Source of the DNA: Porphyridium purpureum
Lineage: Eukaryota
Direction: 5' to 3'
Assembly: GCA_008690995.1 (NCBI GenBank)
Contig: VRMN01000001.1
Span: 62,001 to 126,000 of the forward strand
DNA length: 64,000 nt
Shown here: positions 13,378 through 23,872 of the stretch, piece after piece
Numbering within the stretch: the stretch's first letter is position 1
Layout of the letters: the number at the start of each line of letters is the position of its first letter
The notes under the pieces: model-generated
Told to the model about the DNA's origin: nothing
Database searches by the model: none
Seen by the model: only the letters and a program-made list of their open reading frames with translations
Position numbers and translations under genes: made by a program

Positions 13378-13437
13378 GTGACCCGACCGGCGAAAAACGC
13401 AGTGCAGACGCAACGAAAAATAAACGAAAGGTGCGCC

Positions 13438-14427
13438 ATGAGCGGCAATGGCATTCGTCTCAATTCAGTGCGCGCGTACGAGCGCCTAGAGCTCATCCAC
13501 GAAGGCACGTACGGCCGTGTGTACCGCGCGCGGCAGATCGAAACGGGAAAGGTCGTCGCGCTAAAGCGCATCAAAATGCTGCCGGAAGTGCTTGCACGCG
13601 CAACACACATGCGCGAACTGGCCGTGCTGGGTGCTTTGAAGCATCGCAATGTGGTCAGATTATACGACGTCGTTTATGGCTCGTCAGACGCTAAAATATA
13701 CGCAGTCATGGAGTATGTACCCAGCGACCTGCACGAGCTCGGCCGCGTCAGCCTCGCGCGCGCGCGCGATCTGAGCGCTCAGCTTCTGACCGCGCTCGAC
13801 TACATCCATAGCCAGCGTGTCATGCATCGCGATGTGTCCTCTTCCAATATCCTTGTGGACGCGGATCACGTGCTGAAAGTGGCCGATTTCGGACTCGCGC
13901 GATTTACTGACGGCTTGGATGGTAACGCAACTTTGACACCTTCTGTCGTCACGCTCCGCTACCGTGCGCCAGAGCTGCTGCTAGGTAGTACTACTTACAC
14001 GTCAGCGATCGATGTCTGGAGCGCGGCATGTGTCATGTTTGAAATGTTCACAGGTGAGCCGCTGTTCGAGGGCGAGTCAGAGCTTGTGCACCTCGCACAG
14101 ATTTTCCAGACATTGGGCCCGCCAAACGACGCAAATCCGTGGACCAGTCTCCGACTTCTTCCAGACGGAGGCACCATTCAAGTCCCAGAGGAAGACTCAT
14201 GCTCGACTCCATCAGCTAGTTCAATGTTCAGCCGAGTATCAGCCGCGCTCCAAAACGACCAGCTGCAAGGCACGCTCGCGGAATCGTGCACGCATTTTCT
14301 TCTGTCGATGCTCCAGTACGAGCCCAGCCGGCGCGCCACGCCCAAGCAGGCACTGGAGCATGCATTTCTACGCGGCAGTGACGTGACGCATCGGACCGCC
14401 ATCACTCGTATACAGTCGGAGGAGTAA
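13438..14427 (+). CDS. Cyclin-dependent kinase, CDK10/CDK11-like
   Basis: EGTYGRVY, VALK, HRD, DFG, VVTLRYRAPELLLG and DVWSAAC motifs. First ATG at 13438, frame open from 13378. Confidence 0.9.
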   Translation: MSGNGIRLNSVRAYERLELIHEGTYGRVYRARQIETGKVVALKRIKMLPEVLARATHMRELAVLGALKHRNVVRLYDVVYGSSDAKIYAVMEYVPSDLHELGRVSLARARDLSAQLLTALDYIHSQRVMHRDVSSSNILVDADHVLKVADFGLARFTDGLDGNATLTPSVVTLRYRAPELLLGSTTYTSAIDVWSAACVMFEMFTGEPLFEGESELVHLAQIFQTLGPPNDANPWTSLRLLPDGGTIQVPEEDSCSTPSASSMFSRVSAALQNDQLQGTLAESCTHFLLSMLQYEPSRRATPKQALEHAFLRGSDVTHRTAITRIQSEE

Positions 14428-14520
14428 ATCACCGCTTGATCCGAAGCAGCATCCCGAGATAAGGATCGGAATCCTATTGTGCCTCACCAGGTCCTGGCCC
14501 TCCCGACCAATGCCCTCTCC

Positions 14521-14943
14521 TTACTCTTCGTGCGCCCGCAGCACCTGCGCCGGGTACAGCACGAGAAAGACAAACCACCAGGTGCCTACGGCCACAGACG
14601 TCGGCACACCGAACAAAACTTTCCACATCACACCGAGCGGAAGCTGCCACGCCGCCAGCTGCACGACTGCGCCAGTGGACAAAATCGTCCACGGTTGACA
14701 CCACGCCGGCTTTGATTCCCCGTACACTTGCTGTGCGTCCCTCGCAATCTGCAGCACGCTTCGAGCTTGTAGTGCGTCGTCACCAGTCACCGAAGCCCGC
14801 CATGCTCGCCTCGACCGTGCGATGCAGCGACACTCAGCATCACCGCGATGTCGCCGGCTCTGCGGCGGAGGCTGACGCTGGGCGTTGCCGAAGACTTGGG
14901 CATGTCTGGCGGTAAACCCAGCGGTAGCCGAACAAAATGCCAT
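14521..14943 (-). CDS. Plastid-targeted small membrane protein, DUF6737-like
   Basis: MAFC.. Arg/Ser/Ala-rich transit peptide, then KPAWCQPWTILSTG plus two hydrophobic helices, like the cyanobacterial/plant KPWWCQPW family. Family name is from recall. Confidence 0.7.
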   Translation of the reverse strand: MAFCSATAGFTARHAQVFGNAQRQPPPQSRRHRGDAECRCIARSRRAWRASVTGDDALQARSVLQIARDAQQVYGESKPAWCQPWTILSTGAVVQLAAWQLPLGVMWKVLFGVPTSVAVGTWWFVFLVLYPAQVLRAHEE

Positions 14944-15510
14944 CACAGGAAAACGCACCCGCGCCAACTCTCACAAACACACGCCGTGACGACGATCTTG
15001 ACAGGGCATCGGCAAAAGTTCCAGCGGAGAAAGCGGTGGTCAATTGGCAGGCGCACGTTGTGGCGAAGGGTCTAGATGCACGTGCTCCGCTTTGTCGCCG
15101 GTTGCTTGCTGGGAACCGATCGCCACGTCATGAGTAGAACAAGGCATTGATTGAGGGTGGCGCTGTGCCCATGACAAAGCAGCAGGACGTCAGAAGCTGG
15201 CATCCTCACTTTGCGTCGCTTGCATCTTTCTGGCGAGGCGGCACCTGCTTTGCTGAAGCTCAGCACGGATTCCCGCAGTACGTGTTGTAAGTTTTCCGAT
15301 GCGACTGCCATGAGAGCCGTAGAATCTTTCTCCCATGTCTGCGCACTGGGAAAAGTGGTCTGTCAAATGCCTGCTCACAATCATTCTTCGAAGGATGACA
15401 GGCGTGCAAGCTTTAGCGCCACGCCAAGGCCGCAGATCACATAATGGAAACGCTAGGTGATGAAAACGCGATCAAATCTTACGTCGAGGGATACCTACTT
15501 TTTGGCGGTA

Positions 15511-16488
15511 TTATGATTCTCTCTTTCTAGCTCTATCGTGTTTCCCACGATGCGACCAGAACGCACTCGAAAGGCGAGCATGACGACTCACCGGAACTGG
15601 CCACAGCAAAAAGTCATGCCCAAAGGCATGCTGAAGATTCCTGTATATGCTACCCGTGCTGTAGTTGACGACTTGAAATCGACCCGGCTGCCGTTTCTGT
15701 ATGGACTCAAGCGTGGTCTGGTTCAGGCACGCCAAGAAGATATTACGCACAAGTAATCCGCCGACGGCAAGCGCAACAGCAAAGGCCATGACGCCTCCAA
15801 AATAAGTGAGCACGGCAATTCTCACAATCTCTCTTCGTGAGTACAGAGCGCGTGCCCGGAACAGTCGCATCCAGAACCTAATGAACAGACCCGTTCCAAA
15901 CGAGCATGCAATGGTGACATACAGCAGAAAAAGCGTAAAGTACTTGTGATTCCGCACGCCCACACAATTGCCTGTCCAGAGGCAGTGATGGTCCAGCTTG
16001 GCCACGCACACTTCACACGAACTGCAGTGGTGCACGCGGCGTGGTTTGGCCGCACGGCACCTCTTACACCAAAGCTCCGCCTCATCAGATGCAGAATCCT
16101 CGGGCGATACATATGATGGAAACGGAAGATCCGGGCGTTCCACAGCCCAGTCGGACGCGCTGCCCGGCTTGACGAACATGGCGGCCAGATACATGCTCTG
16201 CAGTAACACAACAAATGAATCTAGAAACAGTGCCTCAGGAATATTCATGCCCATGCTGCTACCCGTGCAGCTCCCTCGCCAGCATGGATCCCAGTGCAGG
16301 AGCGCCAAGTTGCATGTGATGGCCGCGAACCAGATCACAAATTCGACCACTACCATGATCACCCGTTCGGCGTATCGGATGGAGCGCACACGGCGCGCGT
16401 TTTCCTGTGCAGACAGACTCGCTCCGCGCGGAAGCGACGCAGACAGGCCCCAAATCTCAATGCATCCGGCCAGAATCATTGGCTTCAT
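15511..16488 (-). CDS. DHHC palmitoyl acyltransferase
   Basis: CKRCRAAKPRRVHHCSSCEVCVAKLDHHCLWTGNCVGVRNHKYF, TTLE motif and four TM helices. Start uncertain (first ATG 16488, ORF open from 16674). Confidence 0.92.
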   Translation of the reverse strand: MKPMILAGCIEIWGLSASLPRGASLSAQENARRVRSIRYAERVIMVVVEFVIWFAAITCNLALLHWDPCWRGSCTGSSMGMNIPEALFLDSFVVLLQSMYLAAMFVKPGSASDWAVERPDLPFPSYVSPEDSASDEAELWCKRCRAAKPRRVHHCSSCEVCVAKLDHHCLWTGNCVGVRNHKYFTLFLLYVTIACSFGTGLFIRFWMRLFRARALYSRREIVRIAVLTYFGGVMAFAVALAVGGLLVRNIFLACLNQTTLESIQKRQPGRFQVVNYSTGSIYRNLQHAFGHDFLLWPVPVSRHARLSSAFWSHRGKHDRARKRES

Positions 16489-16732
16489 TGCACCGTGAGA
16501 CGCAGATGGGTTCCGTCTTCTGCGCGTGCGTGCCAGAATCGCATTGCCGGTTCGTACCGCCGCTCTGTACACTGGTTCGTGCTGCGAGCACGAACCGCCA
16601 AAAAAACCGCTGCTCGACTCGGCGCGTGCCGTTCGATTCAGGCCCCCTGAAAGCCTGGCCTTCCCGCGGGCCAAGCCCGACTCGTCTGCCGACTTTCAAA
16701 GATTTGTGAAGAAGGCCCCAGCGTGCTACTGT

Positions 16733-17878
16733 TTATTTTTTCTTCTTCTCGGGCTTACCTACGCTCAAGGCCAGGAGGTCCTTGACCAGCTGGTCCTCGA
16801 TCTGCTTTTCTGAATCCTGTACGGGCGGCGTGTCAAAGGTGGTGATACGCAGCGAGTACTTTGGAAGGATAAACACGGTGAACTTGGCGCGCGCAATGAG
16901 GGCTCCCTCCTTCTCGTAAAGCACTGGGTACCCAATGACCATCTCGTGCTTGAGCGCCTCTGAGATGCCGAGCTTGCCGCGCTTCTCGTCAGAAAGCGCG
17001 CGCAGCACGAACGGGAAGAATTGGAACTTGTTGTCAATCTCGCTGATCACCTGGCGACTCGTCTTGAGCTTGAGCGAATACTCGACGTCTGCCCGGCGCT
17101 TAAAGATGGTTGTCCGCGACCCCGTTTCTTTCGGTTTCCCTTCGCCCGTGCTCATCGCAATATCAATCGCGTACACCTCGTTCTCGGCAAATTCAATCTT
17201 CTCAACGCGCTGCTCGGGTGTGGGTTTCGCCAGAATGACCTTGTTTCCGTCAATGACAAACTGCTTCATCTGATGGCTGAGCACACCTTCCACCACATTC
17301 ACACCAAAATCTTTCGCTACGCGGGCAATCACATCCGACACTTCCTCATTCGTCTTCCCTGGGCGCATCAGCCGCAGCACGGCGTCAGCGGCGGCATATG
17401 TCGCGCGCACAACATCGCTGGCGGCGCCCGTCAGGGCCTCGGGCGCTTCACCCGCTGCTTGTGGCACCACCATCGTAAGCGCCAGGGTGGCGACTTGTCC
17501 GTCGACGTGGCAGCCCAAGTCAACCTTGACGAGATCGCCTGCCTTCAGCACCATATCCTCGCCGTCGAGGGGCGACAAGTGGCACGCAACGTTGTTGGGC
17601 GCGATATTGGTCGGAAACGCGATGCCCTTTTCCACCTTGACCTTTTGGCCGGACGCCTTGTCCACAACGGGCTTGCTATAAATCTTCTCAGTCATAGCAG
17701 TCATGGTGCTGTCGCCGAGCGCGCACAGCGCAGCCACGGACGAGCCTGGCGCCAGCGCTTGCTTCACGGCGTCCATTGCGGCATTGGCGATCTCTGCCGC
17801 AGCCTTGTACTTTGCCTGCACATCCGTGTCCTCAATTCCTACCTCCTTCGTGGCGGCCGCCTCGTCCTCGGCGTCCAT
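16733..17878 (-). CDS. PA2G4: Proliferation-associated protein 2G4 / EBP1 (inactive MetAP2 fold)
   Basis: KYKAAAEIAN, KGIAFPT, GDLVKVDLGCHVDG, EGVLSHQMKQFVIDGNKVI and a Lys-rich C-terminus. Confidence 0.93.
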   Translation of the reverse strand: MDAEDEAAATKEVGIEDTDVQAKYKAAAEIANAAMDAVKQALAPGSSVAALCALGDSTMTAMTEKIYSKPVVDKASGQKVKVEKGIAFPTNIAPNNVACHLSPLDGEDMVLKAGDLVKVDLGCHVDGQVATLALTMVVPQAAGEAPEALTGAASDVVRATYAAADAVLRLMRPGKTNEEVSDVIARVAKDFGVNVVEGVLSHQMKQFVIDGNKVILAKPTPEQRVEKIEFAENEVYAIDIAMSTGEGKPKETGSRTTIFKRRADVEYSLKLKTSRQVISEIDNKFQFFPFVLRALSDEKRGKLGISEALKHEMVIGYPVLYEKEGALIARAKFTVFILPKYSLRITTFDTPPVQDSEKQIEDQLVKDLLALSVGKPEKKKK

Positions 17879-18891
17879 GATCGCACAGCCCAATCAGATC
17901 ACCACGACTCGCACCTCCAGAACCAAACGCCCCCCAGTTCGCCACGTGCGCTCGTGAACACAACACAATGTCAGACGCAGAAAATGTGCTCCAGCCGAAT
18001 CTTCCGGCTACTGAATGGCGGCTCCTCCACAGCTCCCGCGATCACCGGCCCCAGACTCACCTCCTCGCCAACCTCCTGTCTCCGTCTCCCCCTGCTCTTC
18101 CCTCCGTTCGTCTTCCACATCGATCGCGCCCGCCGTCGCCCGCTCGCTCGTGTACAGGCGCGGAGGTACAGTGCAGCTTGTGTAGAGGTGCGCGGAGGAA
18201 TGAGAAACAAGTTGCGCGGAGCAGTTGTGCGAGCGCGTGAAAGGCGTGGAGCATCTTGCACACAGCAGACGCGCACCGCCACAGTGTGCAGAGGCGCGCT
18301 CACTGTTGTAGATTCCGAATTTTTTTCCCTTTTTGTATGAGTGCACCGAACGAATTAGGCCACCCACTGCGTCACTACGAATCGAAATGAGTAGTTTTGC
18401 TTTCTACTGAAGTCCTTTTTACTTTTTTCTGCTCTGCTCTTGATCTTCTCTGGTGCTTCATCCTGCTGGCCAACGAGCCGTGCTTTTATAACCACGAAGG
18501 TGCGGCACTTCCAATGCTTCGTCTTCCTTCAAGCTCCAAGTCGGCTGCCAGTCTGTCCGGTCGTGCTCGAAACTCGCACGCTTTCGTTACCACCATGACC
18601 GCTCGTCATCTTTGCCAGTAGCCTAAAAAAGGCACACCACTCTCGAATTCTTGCATTCCCCGCGACTGATAGCCGCACGTTGAGTGGGAGCCATCTCGTT
18701 CTCAAGCCTGCTTGTTTGTGTCGCGTCCCTTCGTTTTCAAGACGTGCCAAGAGTGGTCTAACCATTTTTCCGGGCCGCAACACCGATACTCCCTCGTCTC
18801 GAGCTGGAACTCCTTGCGGAAGTTTCAACACTCACAGTGTCACAAATGACGCGAGGTGTACCGCCGAATAGCTCATACCGATGCAACACCA

Positions 18892-20338
18892 TATAAGGTG
18901 CGACCAGAACGGATAGGGGACAGTAAAATTTCTAAGAAAAATTAGACAGTTCATATTAAATTGTGACTTTTTACTAGGAACATAATTTGGGGCGGGCGGG
19001 TGGTGCCGGAATGCAAGAAATTTGTTGCACAAAACGGATAGGGGACACTAACGGGAAGCCTTATATCTCGGAAATAAATGAAGGAAAGGAAGTGAAGAGA
19101 AATGCATCGAGCAAAACTCGTAAAGGGCTTCATTTCGATACCAAAAATCGCAATATTGACCCCTCGGATGAGAAGATATGACACTTTCAGGGCCTTTGGG
19201 AGTGGGACAAAAAGTGAGAGCCATTGTGACACACATTAGGTGCTCTATGCATTGCGATTTGTTCTAGATAGATGCTCCCATCGTACACGTACATAGTTTC
19301 GCTTCTGCGGACGCTCCAAACCGCACAAAGGCGTGAAAAATCAAGATTTATGACATCAAAAGTATTCGGCCCGTAAATAATGGCCGGCAAATTTGTGCTA
19401 CACAACGCATTTACCGCGTAATTCGGATCCTAAATTCAATGGCAATCAGGACAGCAATGAGCTTAACCAGTGCGCGCGGGAGAAATCCAGCTCACGTACC
19501 GCTGACACTCAAATTCGACCTCAACAGGCTGGCCTTGACAAAACGGCATGAGCTGGAACAAATAAATTGGGCCACAGTTGTGTTCAGGGACGAAATGAAG
19601 TGCAATCTGGATGGGCCAGATGCTATCCACATGACGTGGCTTGAGCGTACGAACGATCTTTCAAACGTTTGGTCGTGACATTTGGGCGGCGGTCGATGCA
19701 CTGTTTGGTGCGCCATTTTTGTGACAGGAGATGTTCACTTTCAACTCATTCACAGGATCTTCGCCGCTGCCAATTGTGTTTCCATGCTTCAGAATGACGG
19801 CTTGCTGGACCGCTGCCGTCAGATGGTGGACCCGAACATGGTTTTTCTCCAGGATATCGCGCTGGTGTATAAAAGTCGCCTGGCTAAGAATTTCATGAAT
19901 GACAAGAATGTGGAGCTTCGAGACTGGCCAGCATACTCGCCGGACCTCAATGTCATCGAGAACATGTGGGAGATACCAGCGCCCAAGGTTTACGTGGGTG
20001 CAAGGGAGTGTCAGATGGTGCTAGAGCTGAAAAATACCATCTTACTGGTTTGGGAGACTTTGGACCAGCCTGTGATGGCCAATTTGTACGCGTCGCTGCC
20101 GAAACGCATATTTGACTGTGCGCATCTTTGAGGCGCATACGCACAAGGAAACGGCGACCGATTCCGACCTTTCATTGCTGAGTAATGGCTGGAACTGTGT
20201 CGTGTCCCCTATCCGTTTTGACCTCTTCCACATTCCCTTTTCAGCGGACCTCTTTCCCTTTTATAGTAAAGCAGATCATTTTACTAGTAAAACTTGGAAA
20301 AAGGTACTGTCCCCTATCCGATTTGGTCGCACCTTACA
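18892..20338 (+). mobile_element. Tc1/mariner (DD34E) DNA transposon, full-length decayed copy 2 with TIRs
   Basis: Left taaggtgcgaccagaacggataggggacagta vs right tactgtcccctatccgatttggtcgcacctta. Catalytic motifs FRDE..NLDGPD, LQD and SPDLNVIE with 34 residues between D and E. In-frame TGA at 19676 and a broken N-terminus. Confidence 0.92.
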
Positions 20339-21189
20339 TATAAGACAAGAATCCGGGAAGGAAGGAAGAATAGGCACCGGCAGAAGAAGTAGACCAAAAG
20401 GGAGTCTGGCGCAAAACGGCCTCAGACAAAAGCTTGGTACAATCGCCCGGTGCGGACGTACCCGCGATCCAATCGCTAGCCCCCCGCAACAATCCCTCGC
20501 GCCGTCAAGCACGTGTGGAGAGCCTTGGGTGTTCTTCGGTCTTTCCCTCTGTCCGGGGCTACTAACGACACACAGCGCACCTCGAGCCCGAGTTTGAATT
20601 CGTCCCAGAAGCACGAGGGTTTCGAAGGAATGTTGCAAATAAAGCCGATTGACAAAACTCTTTGCTGTGCGGTAGCGGTCGCGCGCTGCAGCATCATGCA
20701 CAACTAGAGGCACGTGCGCGTTAAAGTATTGGTAGAGGTGTCTAGCGTCTGCGAGGCAGGCACGGAGGGTTGGGGAATGCAACTTTGCACCTTGGAGAAA
20801 ATTTGTCAAAAAATTCAAAATACTCCCAAACGTGAGAATTTTTTGAACACCACGGGATCGGCCCAGAAAGATCGTTGCGACCCCTCGAAAGGTGTGTGGG
20901 GTGCACGCGGCAAGACGCACAACCCGTGGACCACATGTTTGGCGGGCTCTGGACGACGCGCAGGCGATACTGTGCAAGCTTCCTACCGTCCCCAAATACG
21001 GCAAACCTTTACCTCACCCACGCTCAAAAGTCCTTTCTAATTTATCAGCCGAATCCTAGCCACTGCACACAACGTACTTGAGCACCGCCGCCTCATAAGG
21101 GAACGAAGGAGCTCGCGGCTCAGCAGGACCTCACTTTTTCCCACGCGCCTCCTCACGCGCAAATCACCGTACTCCACACTGTCTCGCGG

Positions 21190-23127
21190 CTCAGACGATG
21201 CATCATCCATCGCGTTGCCTTTTGAAGGAGTCAATCTTAAGATTCTTCGTCGAACCGTCTGCAACATTGTCCTTGTTCTTCACGTACACTAAGTCTGCCA
21301 GGCCGTCCTGCGAAGCTTCGTTTAGCCATTTCAGCCTGATTTCTGCATTTTGTGAAGATGTAACATGTTGTCGCTCCATCCGTTCTCAATCGCGCTCAAA
21401 GCGGTCCTGTTGTCAAGTTTTGTGGCCACCATTAGCCACACATTCTGTGATCCGTCAATGAACACACCCGGCGAAAACACGCGATACTTCACTGCCGTGT
21501 GTACCGCAATCAGCACTGCCTCTGCGATTGATGTCGCAGTCCGGTGTTGGCGCCCACTCGACCAATCTACTGGGTGTCACGCATTTTTGCACATAAAAAA
21601 AGTGCACACTCCACTTGTCGGTCTCTGAGCTGAAATCTGCGCCAGTAGAACAAGACACGGAAACAAGAAAGGAATTGCCTGCACAAGAGCAAGACGGTAC
21701 GCGAAGCGCAAAACCCCCTTCGGTACTGCCCTACAGGTATTGCGCAATGTCATCCAGACCCTTTCAGCCTCTGTGACTATCAATACGTGCAGAGCGCTAC
21801 CACCCTGACTATGTATGCTAATTCTCGCCTGCTTGTCTGAACCGTCCATGACAAACATTCGCGTCATAATGTGCGTCTCACGCTCTTGTCACAAGTCTTG
21901 CAATCTTCGTCAGGCTCAGGTTTACAAGACAACAGAATCTTTCGCGCCTGCCTCCGCCAACCGTCTGCTAGCATATGGCATGCATATTCTCGCGAACTCA
22001 TCACATGGGCACGGTCCATATCCTGGTCGACGTAGAATCCGATGCCCACGAACCGTCAAGATTTATTTTTTTCGTAGCAGCACGCATGTTTTCAATCACC
22101 CGCTGAATGGAAACCTCCTTTTCATTCTCCGCAACCGCCTTCTGTTTCGCAACACTCTCATCAAAAACCGCCTCATTGTCAATATACGAGACTGTCCGTT
22201 GCGTCGTGCCCGTTCATTTCATCCAGTATACATTCTGATCTGATGCCGATTCTTTCCATCCTAGATGCTCGAGTATTGTCCGAGCATGAGCCTAAAGTTG
22301 CTTCCGCTGCGTGATTAGCTATACAGCGCCATGCGCAGCCTGACGACAAACCGTTCTGTCGCCTCGAGTTTAGACGACACACTGGGCGGCAAGCACCCTC
22401 TCAACCAGCTAGCTAGACCGGCAAATTAAACGAATGTCGGAGGGGCCTTGAGGGAAGCAAGTAAGCAGGCGCAGTCCACATCAAACAACGCTACATCAGC
22501 ATGTTCCCCGTGCTCCAAAGGCGCTGCGCTTAATGCGGCTCTGATGGCGAATCACCCTCACGGCTTTTTTTGGTCAGATAGGTTCTCGACCAGGCTTGTA
22601 GACGCATCTCTAGCCACACAGCCTTGAGACACAAGTCACCATTTGGGTATCTACGCGCGGGCCCAAGTTCAGCATCCTTGATTACCATAAGCGCCTTCAA
22701 GTTCACGAACTGCACGTGCGGCATTTGCGCCGCCACTATGCGCTCGATTTTTTCTCCAAGGGAAGCGCCCTGACAATGCTCGGTACATTCAAGTCGCGCA
22801 CAAAATCATCGTGACCAGCATTCGAGGTCGTCACTCTCTTGGGTTCAATCACTTGCGTCACCAGCAGCTCTTGTACTCAGGCTGTCGTTCTAGCAAAAAG
22901 CATGCTGATATTCTTCGCTCACGCCGACGCGCGCTTCTCCGCTTCGTCTACGAATTTCACCTTCGCATGCCACAGCGACCCGCGCCTGCCGCGCCCGTGC
23001 TCGTCAAGACCTTGCACTTCCGAGCAAAGCAATCCAAGCGCTTGTGCTTTCGAGTGCACGTCTTTCACTCAATAACCAGCCAATGTGCCTTTGCCCTCTT
23101 TGATGACTCGCGACCACTGCGGTCCTA
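21190..23127 (-). mobile_element. Decayed Ty1/Copia element, 3' (RT/RNase H) part
   Basis: Manual translation: ATSIAEAVLIAV (cf. SSTEAEYIA), LDNRTAL (cf. DNQSAI) and EIRLKWLNE...LVYVKNKDNVADGSTKNL (Copia RNase H end). Limits approximate. Confidence 0.7.
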
Positions 23128-23433
23128 TGTAACGATCCACCCCTTTTGTCCACCTGCAGCTTTTTCTAATCGCCTCTTTAATTTTTTTTGTTACAGTCTA
23201 AAGTCTATTCTAATGGGCACTGTACCACTCGGTACAGTGCATCGGCCCCCAAAATAACTGGGCGGTCCGGTTAGCTTTAGGGTCTAGTTGTAGGGTATTT
23301 AAGCTCTGCCGCTTCACGGCGGGGATTGGAGAAAGAGAGCGAGAGAAGAGGGGAGAAAGTAAAAGACGTTGGTTTTGAGCGCTTGGGGTCTGGGACACGA
23401 GCGGACGATTGGGGTACCCCCCAAATCGTGGCA
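23128..23433 (+). repeat. 5' LTR (306 bp)
   Basis: TGTAACGAT...ATCGTGGCA imperfect inverted termini, TATA-like tatttaag at ~23297, near-identical to 29761-30073. Confidence 0.95.
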
Positions 23434-23872
23434 CAATTCGCGAATTGCCACAGGGGCGGCGGTCTATGTTGCGGTTGTAGATCGAGTGGGGCGGGAGAGG
23501 TGGGCGTAGGTCTGGGACCTGACACCTTAAAGCCTGTGGAAACCTTGTTTCTATCAGTGGGCGTAGGTCTGGGACCTGACACTGCGCATCTGGGAATCCT
23601 TTGTTTTAAGCACTAGCTACAAACCAGGGCGTGTGGTGAGCCGGGCTCGGACACGGGGTTTGCGTGAGACGTTCGTTCAACACTCGTTGCTTCGTGCTTC
23701 GTGTGTGATTTTGTTCGTTTTTCGTACAAGAAATCTCTGCCGAGTAAGAAGGCAGAGTAGGTGGGCGTAGATCCGGGATCTGACACCTTTTGACATTTGC
23801 ATCGTAGTAGAGAGTCTGGGACTCAAAGTTGTGTTGATTTTACTTCATTGCCGTTTTCACGTCTGGGACGCG

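Noticed and set aside
17021..18340. 439-aa plus-strand ORF
   Set aside because: Antisense shadow of PA2G4 caused by GC-rich codon bias. No domain features.
23500..23786. 26-bp repeats with a ~31-bp gap resembling CRISPR repeat-spacer
   Set aside because: Only two regularly spaced copies with the third far away, all inside a retrotransposon leader.
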